Assembly: GCA_026391195.1 (NCBI GenBank)
Contig: JAPLEI010000078.1
Span: 28,658 to 92,657 of the forward strand
Origin: Bacteroidota bacterium
GTDB lineage: Bacteria > Bacteroidota > Bacteroidia > Chitinophagales > Chitinophagaceae
Length of the DNA stretch: 64,000 bases
Reading direction: 5' to 3'
The translations under genes were made by a program, and so were the position numbers. Positions 46,741 to 54,404 of this stretch are shown here, in pieces (the first letter of the stretch is position 1; each line of letters starts with the position of its first letter). The notes below the pieces were generated by a model. That model did not search any database, had not been told where the DNA came from, and saw nothing but the letters and a program-made list of their open reading frames with translations.

Positions 46741-47895
46741 ATGAAAAGATATTTACTGCTTTCTGTTTGCGTTAGCCTCAGCTGTATATGCTGCCCTCAC
46801 TTTTTATTTGCTCAACAGGCGAAAATGGATTCCTTACTGGAGGTAATAATCCGTGAATCACCTGCTGCTGGCATATCCGTTGCGGTAGTAAAGCATAATC
46901 AGGTAGTATATGCGCATTCGGCCGGACTCAAAAATATTGAAAGAGGCATTCCGCTAACCGATGATTGTCTGTTTCGAATCGCATCCATTTCAAAGTCATT
47001 TTCTGCAACCAGTATTATGCAGTTATATGAGCAAGGTAAATTATCGTTGGATCAGGATGTAAGTGAATTAATCGGTTTCCCCTTGCGCAATCCGGCTTAT
47101 CCAGATAAGGCAATCACTTTGCGACTGATGATGTCGCACCTTTCTTCTATAAATGATAGTCAGGGTTATTTTTCGCTGGATTCGATTAACCCGGCTAAGT
47201 CGGCACAATGGGCCAAATGTTATAGTAAAAATGAACCGGGTATTCGTTTTGATTACTGTAATCTCAATTACAATATGATTGGGGCAATTATTGAAAGGGT
47301 ATCTGGTGAGCGATTCGATCAGTATGTAGTGAATCATATACTCACCCCTTTACAAATATATGGGGGATATAATTTGGATGAGTTAGATACGGCCAGGCTC
47401 GCGAGTATTTATGAGTATAGAATCGATTCTGCCCGGTTTGTACTTTCCCCCGGTGCCTATGCTTCCCGAACAAAGGAGGTGGCCCAGTATGTATTGGGAT
47501 ATACTACCCCCATTTTTTCTCCTACCGGTGGGATGAAAATATCGGCAACAGATTTAGCAAAGTATATGCTGATGCATAGTAGACTGGGCAAAGCAAAAGG
47601 TACGCGCATATTAAAAAGTTCAAGTGCCCGGATGATGCAAACGCCTGCCAATGGAAACCTTGGGTATGGATTTGCGATTGAAACGGAGGATAACATTATA
47701 CCCGGGGAGATTATGCGGGGGCATACGGGCTCGGCTTATGGATTATACAGTGCGATGTTTTTTAATCCAACAAAGAAATATGGAATTGTTGTGATCAGCA
47801 ATGGATGCCATCCCGGCTACACGAATGGTCTCAATACGGTTATTCGAAAATCTATACAGACTTTATATGAGCAGATTATTCTGAACAACAAGTAG
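46741..47895 (+). CDS. serine hydrolase, class C beta-lactamase/PBP-like family
   Basis: Signal peptide present. It has the SxxK motif ASISKSF, and the length is typical for the family. Confidence 0.85.
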   Translation: MKRYLLLSVCVSLSCICCPHFLFAQQAKMDSLLEVIIRESPAAGISVAVVKHNQVVYAHSAGLKNIERGIPLTDDCLFRIASISKSFSATSIMQLYEQGKLSLDQDVSELIGFPLRNPAYPDKAITLRLMMSHLSSINDSQGYFSLDSINPAKSAQWAKCYSKNEPGIRFDYCNLNYNMIGAIIERVSGERFDQYVVNHILTPLQIYGGYNLDELDTARLASIYEYRIDSARFVLSPGAYASRTKEVAQYVLGYTTPIFSPTGGMKISATDLAKYMLMHSRLGKAKGTRILKSSSARMMQTPANGNLGYGFAIETEDNIIPGEIMRGHTGSAYGLYSAMFFNPTKKYGIVVISNGCHPGYTNGLNTVIRKSIQTLYEQIILNNK

Positions 47896-47909
47896 GCCAA
47901 TTCATTTAT

Positions 47910-48329
47910 CTAGTTGGGGAGATGTTCTTCTACAAAGGTTTTACAGTATTCGCGTATCATATTTCTTACTGCCGCAAATGCTTCGGTAATTTCTTCTTCT
48001 GTGCCCGATGCTTTTGCGGGATCGGGAAAGTTATGGTGAAAGGTAGTTGCGTGACCTGGAAGAATGGGGCATTGTTCTTTGGCATGGTCGCAAACCGTTA
48101 TCACGAAATCGAAGGGAATGCCCAGGTATTCGTTGATGTGGTTGGAGGTATGTTGAGATATATCAATCCCATTTGCCAGCATGGTAGCGATGGCTTTCGG
48201 ATTTACGCCATGGGTTTCAATGCCAGCGCTATATACCTCCGCGCGGTTGCCGGCAAAATGTTGTAAATAGCCATGGGCGATTTGGCTTCTGCAGCTATTT
48301 CCTGTGCAGAGTACTAATACTTTCTTCAT
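47910..48329 (-). CDS. arsC: arsenate reductase, thioredoxin-coupled LMW-PTP type
   Basis: P-loop motif LCTGNSCRSQ plus the downstream Cys pair in VCDHAKEQCP. The ATG is at 48329, 11 nt after the arsM stop. Confidence 0.85.
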   Translation of the reverse strand: MKKVLVLCTGNSCRSQIAHGYLQHFAGNRAEVYSAGIETHGVNPKAIATMLANGIDISQHTSNHINEYLGIPFDFVITVCDHAKEQCPILPGHATTFHHNFPDPAKASGTEEEITEAFAAVRNMIREYCKTFVEEHLPN

Positions 48330-48340
48330 GCTAAATGAAT

Positions 48341-49192
48341 TTAACAGCATCCGCTGCCGGGTTGGCAAGTGGGTGGATTGTTTTCTAATGGTTTTTTTGC
48401 AAATACGGTGATGCTAAAAATTCCGGTGTTGCCAGATTGAAATTCAGCAATTTCCTTTTCCGATAAATAGTGTTGAAGGATATCTGCAGGAATATGAATG
48501 GGCTTTTCTTTTTGTAGGGTAATTTCTTGAAAGCCGGTTTCGCGAATCATTTGCAGATAGTCGTTTTTTTGTATGGCACCTGCTACGCAACCCGCATACA
48601 TTTCGGCATCTTTTTGCAGGTTTTCTGGTAAGTCGCCAATCAAAACCACATCACTGATACTAAAATGTCCCCCCGGTTTTAACACCCGGAATATATCTTT
48701 GAACACATTCTTTTTGTTGGGTACCAGATTCAGTACGCAGTTACTTACTATTACATCTGCTATTCCTGCACCCACCGGCATATGCTCGATGTCGCCCTGC
48801 CTAAACTCAACATTATTAAAGCCTCTGGCATCTGCATTTATTCTTGCTCGTTCTATCATGGCCGGCGTAAAATCAATACCGATTACTTTTCCGGTTTCTC
48901 CTGTTTCGTGTCGGGCAATAAAGCAATCGTTTCCGGCACCGCTTCCGAGGTCTATTACCACATCTCCTTTTTTAATGCGCGCAAATTCGGTGGGAAGTCC
49001 GCAGCCTAGTCCCAAATCAGCGGCTGCATGATACCCTTCCAGTTGGGTATAGTCGTCGCTCATGATATTATACACTTCTGTAGAGCATTCACCCGCTCCG
49101 CAACAGGAGGCTGCATTGGTTGCTTTATCCTGCAGGGCGATTTCGCTGTATTTACTTTTAACTAGTTCTTTCAGTTGATCTTCGGTAGACAT
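48341..49192 (-). CDS. arsM: arsenite S-adenosylmethionine methyltransferase
   Basis: SAM motif VIDLGSGAGND. The conserved Cys clusters are SCCGAGECS near the N-terminus and CVLNL in the middle. The tail is Cys-rich (CQPGSGCC). The ATG is at 49192. Confidence 0.85.
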   Translation of the reverse strand: MSTEDQLKELVKSKYSEIALQDKATNAASCCGAGECSTEVYNIMSDDYTQLEGYHAAADLGLGCGLPTEFARIKKGDVVIDLGSGAGNDCFIARHETGETGKVIGIDFTPAMIERARINADARGFNNVEFRQGDIEHMPVGAGIADVIVSNCVLNLVPNKKNVFKDIFRVLKPGGHFSISDVVLIGDLPENLQKDAEMYAGCVAGAIQKNDYLQMIRETGFQEITLQKEKPIHIPADILQHYLSEKEIAEFQSGNTGIFSITVFAKKPLENNPPTCQPGSGCC

Positions 49193-49223
49193 ACATAGTA
49201 TTTTTATAAGGTAAGTAGATTTG

Positions 49224-49544
49224 CTAGCAGCAGCTATTTTGTTTGGCGGATGTAGAAAAAAAGCCTTGCAATAGAACAGCAGCTTGATTCCATACTTTTT
49301 CATTGATACAGTAGCAAACAGATACGCCGTCAATTTCTCCTTTAATTAGTCCGGCCTCTTTCAATTCTTTTAAGTGTTGTGAAACGGTACTTTGCGATAG
49401 GGGCAGTTCATCTACGATATTTCCGCAGATACAGGATTTCTTTTTAAGAAGTAATTGAAGGATAGAAACGCGGGCAGGGTGTGCCAAGGCTTTGGCAAAG
49501 GCTGCCAGGGTAATAGCGATTGATGTGTACTCGGGTGATTTCAT
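49224..49544 (-). CDS. arsR: ArsR/SmtB-family metalloregulator
   Basis: The winged-HTH reads [48 protein letters not shown] and includes a CxC metal site. Confidence 0.85.
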   Translation of the reverse strand: MKSPEYTSIAITLAAFAKALAHPARVSILQLLLKKKSCICGNIVDELPLSQSTVSQHLKELKEAGLIKGEIDGVSVCYCINEKVWNQAAVLLQGFFSTSAKQNSCC

Positions 49545-49549
49545 ATTCC

Positions 49550-49577
49550 TTATTAATCGTAAAATTACGATTAATAA
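49550..49577. promoter_or_regulatory. candidate ArsR operator (28-bp palindrome)
   Basis: TTATTAATCGTAA-aa-TTACGATTAATAA has perfect 13-bp arms. It begins 6 nt upstream of the arsR start codon. Confidence 0.55.
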
Positions 49578-49617
49578 ATGAAATAATCAAATTTTGCTGA
49601 TTGCAAGCTAAGTTACC

Positions 49618-50361
49618 TTATACGGAGGGGGTATTTTTAACCAGTCGGATCATCCCAATTTTATCAAAAATTTTGATAATAGGATATACGGGATCAATCT
49701 CCCACCATTTGCTTGCGAAATTAGCCCGGGCGGCAGCGTGGTGGTGGTTATTTTGAAAGAGTTCGCCCAGCATTAGAAAATCTACCAGCAGGGTGTTTTT
49801 CGATTGGTCTTTCTCTTGGGGGAAATTGCGGTAGCCATATTTATGTCCTGCCCAATTTACTACAGCTCCCTGCACCGGTCCCATTAAAAAATGGATAGGA
49901 AGGAGTAGAAACAGTGCCCAATGCCCGGCAAAAAACAGGTAAAAACTAATATATAAACCGGCAAAAAGTATGCGCGTAATCAGGTGGTCGGCTACTTTAT
50001 CAATTTTTTGATATTCGGGATAATTTTTATCGAATTTGGGGTCTACGGGAAGGGTTCCTGTGGCTACGCCGTTATAAATTTTACGGGTATGCATCATCAT
50101 GCTAAAAACCTCTTTAAAAAAGTGGGGGGTATGCGGATCTTTTTCGGTATCACTAAAAGCATGGTGCATCCGATGTAAAATCGCATAGGCGCGTGCATTC
50201 AGATAAGAACTTCCCTGAGTAAACCAGGTATATACATACCAGAATTTCTCCCAAAACTTGTTCATGGTAAACATTTTATGGGCAGAATACCGATGTAGAT
50301 AAAAGGTTTGGCCAAATAAGGATAAATACCAATGCGACAAGAAGAATATTGTTACTACCAT
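49618..50361 (-). CDS. membrane acyl-CoA/acyl-lipid delta-9-type fatty acid desaturase
   Basis: Three His boxes are present: HRYSAH, HRMHH and NNHHHAA. Confidence 0.85.
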   Translation of the reverse strand: MVVTIFFLSHWYLSLFGQTFYLHRYSAHKMFTMNKFWEKFWYVYTWFTQGSSYLNARAYAILHRMHHAFSDTEKDPHTPHFFKEVFSMMMHTRKIYNGVATGTLPVDPKFDKNYPEYQKIDKVADHLITRILFAGLYISFYLFFAGHWALFLLLPIHFLMGPVQGAVVNWAGHKYGYRNFPQEKDQSKNTLLVDFLMLGELFQNNHHHAAARANFASKWWEIDPVYPIIKIFDKIGMIRLVKNTPSV

Positions 50362-50558
50362 ACAAACTGTTGAAATTCAATTAGGGAGTGAAAATAATCG
50401 AAATCTAAATAGTAATCGAATCTTGTGGAATCTTTATTACAATTTGTTACCAGTAGGATATTTTTTACGCCATACGCATCCATAAAAGGAATGATTAGGG
50501 CATTTGTTTTTCTATTGAATTTGATTAATGAATGCATGCTTCCATGTAATTTCGGGAT

Positions 50559-51203
50559 ATGAGTAGTAATAACGACGCCTTTTTTCAAAAGCCGCAAGCT
50601 TGGCAGCAGGAGTTATTGGCTTTGCGTAACATTTTGCAGAGTGAGCCCTTACAGGAATCTATAAAATGGGGGAAACCCTGCTATAGTTGGGAAGATAAAA
50701 ATCTTGTAATTCTTCAGCCATTTAAAAATTATCTGGCCCTGGGATTTTTTAAAGGGGCATTACTGTTAGACACGCATCATATGCTGGTAAAGCCTGGCGA
50801 ACATACACAAGCGGGTCGCCAATTGCGGGTTGAATCGTTGGTGGATATACAACAGAAGGAACCAGTGATTCGGCAATATATTCAGCAGGCAATACAAATA
50901 GAGCAAAGGGGTATTTCGCTGCAGCCAACCGAATCGCCTGCCGGCATTTTCCCCGAGGAGTGGGCTACCCGATTGGCAGCTAACCCGGCATTAGCAAAAG
51001 CGTTTAATCAACTCACACCGGGCAGACAAAGAGCCTATCAGATTTATTTTTCTGCTCCCCAGCAGGTGGCCACCCGAGAACGAAGAATCGACAAGATGGT
51101 TCCCCTCATTTTAAGTGGGAAGGGGATAAATGATTGTACTTGCGGACTATCAAACAAAATGCCTACTTGTGATGGATCACATAGGCAATTGCAGAAAACC
51201 TGA
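50559..51203 (+). CDS. DUF1801/YdeI-family protein with C-terminal CDGSH iron-sulfur motif
   Basis: The N-terminus is DUF1801-like (IKWGKPCYSWEDKNLVILQPFKNYLALGF). A YdeI-like segment follows (RQRAYQIYFSAPQQVATRERRIDKMVPLI). The last 22 aa, CTCGLSNKMPTCDGSH, match C-X-C-X2-S-X3-P-X-C-D-G-S-H. Confidence 0.7.
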   Translation: MSSNNDAFFQKPQAWQQELLALRNILQSEPLQESIKWGKPCYSWEDKNLVILQPFKNYLALGFFKGALLLDTHHMLVKPGEHTQAGRQLRVESLVDIQQKEPVIRQYIQQAIQIEQRGISLQPTESPAGIFPEEWATRLAANPALAKAFNQLTPGRQRAYQIYFSAPQQVATRERRIDKMVPLILSGKGINDCTCGLSNKMPTCDGSHRQLQKT

Positions 51204-51231
51204 GGGATACAGGTGAAACCCAAGGCGTTTA

Positions 51232-51576
51232 TTATTTCACCACTTGTTTGCGAAAATGCAATCCCCATTTCAATACTTCATCCAAAAGTGGCTTTAGCGA
51301 TTTACCCAGTGGGGTGAGTGCATACTCTACGGTAACCGGCATGCTATCGAATAAGGTTCGACTGATAATTTGATTCATTTCTAGGGCCTTAAGTTCCTGA
51401 GACAATATCTTTGGAGAGATATCTGCGATATCTTTTCTAATTTCTCCGAATCGTTTATTGCCGAAGGAAACGGAAATAATTATGGGAATTCTCCATTTTC
51501 CCTGAATTACTTCCATCGCATCGTGGGAAGCCATTAGTTTAAAGCGACAGGCAGCTTTGTCAATAACATTTGCCAT
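51232..51576 (-). CDS. HxlR-family winged-helix transcriptional regulator
   Basis: The sequence VIQGKWRIPIIISVSFGNKRFGEIRKDIADISPKILSQELKALEMNQIISR is the canonical HxlR core. The ATG is at 51576. Confidence 0.85.
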   Translation of the reverse strand: MANVIDKAACRFKLMASHDAMEVIQGKWRIPIIISVSFGNKRFGEIRKDIADISPKILSQELKALEMNQIISRTLFDSMPVTVEYALTPLGKSLKPLLDEVLKWGLHFRKQVVK

Positions 51577-51594
51577 ATACAATATTTTGGGTTA

Positions 51595-51628
51595 CCAATC
51601 GGTAACTAGTTTCCAATAGGTAACTAGT
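51595..51628. promoter_or_regulatory. tandem 16-bp direct repeats in the hxlR/doxX divergent promoter region
   Basis: CCAATCGGTAACTAGT (51595-51610) and CCAATAGGTAACTAGT (51613-51628). The first is preceded by GGTTACC, which forms the inverted repeat GGTTACC-aatc-GGTAAC. Confidence 0.45.
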
Positions 51629-51698
51629 ATATATTAGATAGCAAAGGTAGCTACTTTTGATTATTCAAAAAATTATCTATCAATTTAAATTCATTTGT

Positions 51699-52079
51699 AT
51701 GTCTAGTAAGTTATATAATATACTTTATTGGGTATTTACAGTTTTGATTGCCTTTGTTTTTGCTGGGAGTGCTTTTGGTAAGCTAATAGGTCAGGAAGCA
51801 GCTTTGCAAAAAGCCGCCGAGTTTGGAATTACAAAAACAGCCTATTTTTATTTAGGAGTAATTGAATTGATTGCATTGGTATTGTTTATTATCCCCCGTA
51901 CTGCTCTGCTCGGATTTTTATTGCTCGCTGCATTTATGGGGGGAGCCATTGCTTCTCATTTAGAGCATGGAGAATCGGTTATAGCACCCTGTATAGTACA
52001 AATTATATTATGGTTGGTAGCAGCATTTCGCTTGCCAGAGTTACGCTCAAGACTATTTAACGCTGAGTTCAACAGATAA
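51699..52079 (+). CDS. DoxX-like membrane protein
   Basis: About 126 aa with four TM helices. It lies divergent from an HxlR regulator, which is a common pairing. The ATG is at 51699. Confidence 0.6.
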   Translation: MSSKLYNILYWVFTVLIAFVFAGSAFGKLIGQEAALQKAAEFGITKTAYFYLGVIELIALVLFIIPRTALLGFLLLAAFMGGAIASHLEHGESVIAPCIVQIILWLVAAFRLPELRSRLFNAEFNR

Positions 52080-52096
52080 GTGCAATTTTTGAAACA

Positions 52097-52133
52097 AAAG
52101 GCAAAAAAAGCTTTTAAGGGCTTTTTTACCTTT
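52097..52133. terminator. A/T-flanked imperfect hairpin, possible bidirectional terminator
   Basis: The sequence is AAAGGCAAAAAAAGC-ttttaag-GGCTTTTTTACCTTT. It lies 18 nt after the doxX-like stop. Confidence 0.4.
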
Positions 52134-52172
52134 TGACCAATAAGAAAATTTAATTATCAAAAACGTAATCAA

Positions 52173-52946
52173 GTGCTACAAGGAAAAATTGTACTTTTTG
52201 TTTTTTCATTATTGTTTCTGTTGCAAAATGCTAGTGGACAGGATAAAGGAATAACGCCAGATACAAGAATCGCAATGGATTCGCTGCATATTCAGTATTT
52301 TGTTTCAGCCACAGGGTTAATACAATCCGGAAATGTAGAAAGAGTATTATTGCCAACACTTAGCAATATTTCTTTCAGTAAAAATAAGTTTGAGGTAAGG
52401 CAAACCTTTAATTATTCCTATGGAACAATAGGTACTATTAATGGAAAAATTAAGTTAGAAGATGAATTGCTAGTCCGCACAGAATTGGCAGTATTTCAAA
52501 AGAAGAGGTTCTATCCATATTCATGGGGATTGTATGAGAAAAGTAATATTCGAAATATTACCGAAAGATGGCTTGGTGGAGTAGGTGTAGGGATAAACAT
52601 TCTAAATACAAAGCAGCATGTCCTTTCGTTCCGAAACGGAATTGCTTATGAAGAAACCATTTTTAGGGGAAGAGAAAGTAGTGAGGTACTTAGATATTCA
52701 TCAAGGGTTGCAGGATCTCACTGGTTATTTAGAAGGAAAATAAATCTATCCCATGAAACCTATATTCAGCCTGCTATTAATAAAAGCGATGATCTTCGAT
52801 TTAGAACGGTATGTAGGATAAATATTCCTATATGGAAACACATAGCCCTTACTACTTTAATTGATAAAGGGTATGAAAGTGTTGTTGATTTCGGGAAGAA
52901 AAAAAATAATTTTTTCATGTCATATGGACTTTCAATAACAAATTAA
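52173..52946 (+). CDS. putative outer-membrane beta-barrel protein (DUF481-like)
   Basis: Signal peptide present, about 257 aa, with amphipathic beta-strand periodicity. The family guess is weak. Confidence 0.35.
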   Translation: MLQGKIVLFVFSLLFLLQNASGQDKGITPDTRIAMDSLHIQYFVSATGLIQSGNVERVLLPTLSNISFSKNKFEVRQTFNYSYGTIGTINGKIKLEDELLVRTELAVFQKKRFYPYSWGLYEKSNIRNITERWLGGVGVGINILNTKQHVLSFRNGIAYEETIFRGRESSEVLRYSSRVAGSHWLFRRKINLSHETYIQPAINKSDDLRFRTVCRINIPIWKHIALTTLIDKGYESVVDFGKKKNNFFMSYGLSITN

Positions 52947-52998
52947 ATTTATAAAATAGTTACTAAAAATTTTAAGTAAACCTCAAAATCAAAAAACA

Positions 52999-53868
52999 AT
53001 GAAAAAATCATTTCGTTATCTAGTGCTTTTGGTAGCCACAACAATTACTTTCACACAGTTGTTTGCACAAAAACAAAAATCAGGCAAAGAAGTGTTGCAA
53101 GCCTACCACCAAGAAGTATGGGAACAGAAAAACACTAGCGCCATTAATACTTTAGTTGACGCAGGGCTAAAAAGTGCTGATTTGCCCTCTGATACTAAAG
53201 ATGCAAGAGTTGTAATGGTAGGCTTTTTGCAAAGTTTTTTTAGTGCCTTTCCTGATTTGAAGGCTGAGCAAATTAAGCTTTTTGGCGAAGCGGATTATGC
53301 TGTAGAATTATGGATTATGTCTGGTACAATGAAAAATGCATTATGGGGAATGCCTGCAACTAACAAAAGATTTGAAGTTACTGGTATGGATATTGTAAGA
53401 GTAAAAGATGGTAAATTTATAGAGCATTATGGAGGTTTAGCCGACCAAATGGATAAAATCTATAATCAATTGAGCATTGGAGCGTACGCAGTAAAAGCCA
53501 CTGATAACAATTTTGCCAAAGTTATTTCCTCAACTAAATGGAAACATAATAGTACACTAAATGCTGATACTAAAAGTGATGTAACACAGAAGTATCCAAT
53601 GTTTATTGGCATCGGTGATTACAAAACTGACGGCACTTATGAATTTTTTAATATGGATGGTTCTCCAAAAGGAGATAAAGGCACTTGGAGTGTAAGCGAA
53701 AATGGGAAAAAGCTTTCCATTGTATCAAGCACTTTTGGTTATAAAGCTGATGTGGATATTGAAAAGCTAGATGAAAACCATTTTGATTTAAAGGCCGTGC
53801 AATATGATACCAAAACTGGGAAACCAATTGAAACAGTTATTGCACTTCATTCAGCAATCAAAAAGTAA
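52999..53868 (+). CDS. secreted SnoaL-like (ester-cyclase-type) domain protein with C-terminal lipocalin-like extension
   Basis: Signal peptide present. The N-domain reads KEVLQAYHQEVWEQKN...FEVTGMDIVRVKDGKFIEHYG, which is typical of SnoaL/ester-cyclase proteins. Confidence 0.6.
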   Translation: MKKSFRYLVLLVATTITFTQLFAQKQKSGKEVLQAYHQEVWEQKNTSAINTLVDAGLKSADLPSDTKDARVVMVGFLQSFFSAFPDLKAEQIKLFGEADYAVELWIMSGTMKNALWGMPATNKRFEVTGMDIVRVKDGKFIEHYGGLADQMDKIYNQLSIGAYAVKATDNNFAKVISSTKWKHNSTLNADTKSDVTQKYPMFIGIGDYKTDGTYEFFNMDGSPKGDKGTWSVSENGKKLSIVSSTFGYKADVDIEKLDENHFDLKAVQYDTKTGKPIETVIALHSAIKK

Positions 53869-53924
53869 GTAGTTACTTTCTAAATTCTCATCTTCATTGA
53901 ACTTACAAACAATAAAAATTAGTA

Positions 53925-54017
53925 ATGAAAATATTATCCATTGGCGGGAGTAATTCAACCCATTCAATTAACCGCCAATTTGCCGAGTTTGCTGCCTCTT
54001 TGTTCACTGCCGAATAA
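53925..54017 (+). pseudogene. 30-codon N-terminal stub of a flavodoxin-like NAD(P)H-dependent (FMN) reductase
   Basis: MKILSIGGSNSTHSINRQFAEFAASLFTAE followed by a stop. This matches the conserved N-terminus (MKILxIxGSNSxxSINxxLAxYAA) of ~175-aa Bacteroidota NAD(P)H oxidoreductases. The rest of the gene is absent. Confidence 0.55.
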
Positions 54018-54018
54018 G

Positions 54019-54279
54019 CTATTTAATAAAAGGCCAGGTTTCAACCGTTTTCAAATACGGAAATAACGGCAATGCGTTTATCAGTTCCTGTACTTTTTCG
54101 GCTTCCAAATCTTTAAACAATAACAGGGCTCCGTTTCTGTTAGGGCGCAGTAAAAGATCGTACATATATCCTTTTGCATTATATTCTTGAATAATCGCTC
54201 TTTCTTGCTGAAGAACTTCGGGGATATCGTCTACATTAACCTCATCTTTGATGATAATTAATACGGCTGTAATATTCAT
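54019..54279 (-). CDS. muconolactone delta-isomerase-family small protein
   Basis: 86 aa. The C-terminal half aligns to my recollection of MIase, including the LPLFPY motif. Confidence 0.65.
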   Translation of the reverse strand: MNITAVLIIIKDEVNVDDIPEVLQQERAIIQEYNAKGYMYDLLLRPNRNGALLLFKDLEAEKVQELINALPLFPYLKTVETWPFIK

Positions 54280-54404
54280 TATACTTCAATTGAGCAATAA
54301 AGGTAGTTGTTCGGCCTTGTAAGCTCGAAAATATCTTGTACCGGGAAAATAGCAATAGTTAAGCTTAGCTACTCTTTACTAACTGCAAGCTCCGGCTATT
54401 TTGT

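Noticed and set aside
48573-49031. 152-aa ORF antisense to arsM (and the nested 48782-49009 ORF)
   Set aside because: It is a shadow ORF of a strongly supported methyltransferase gene, with a Pro/Ser-rich low-complexity translation.
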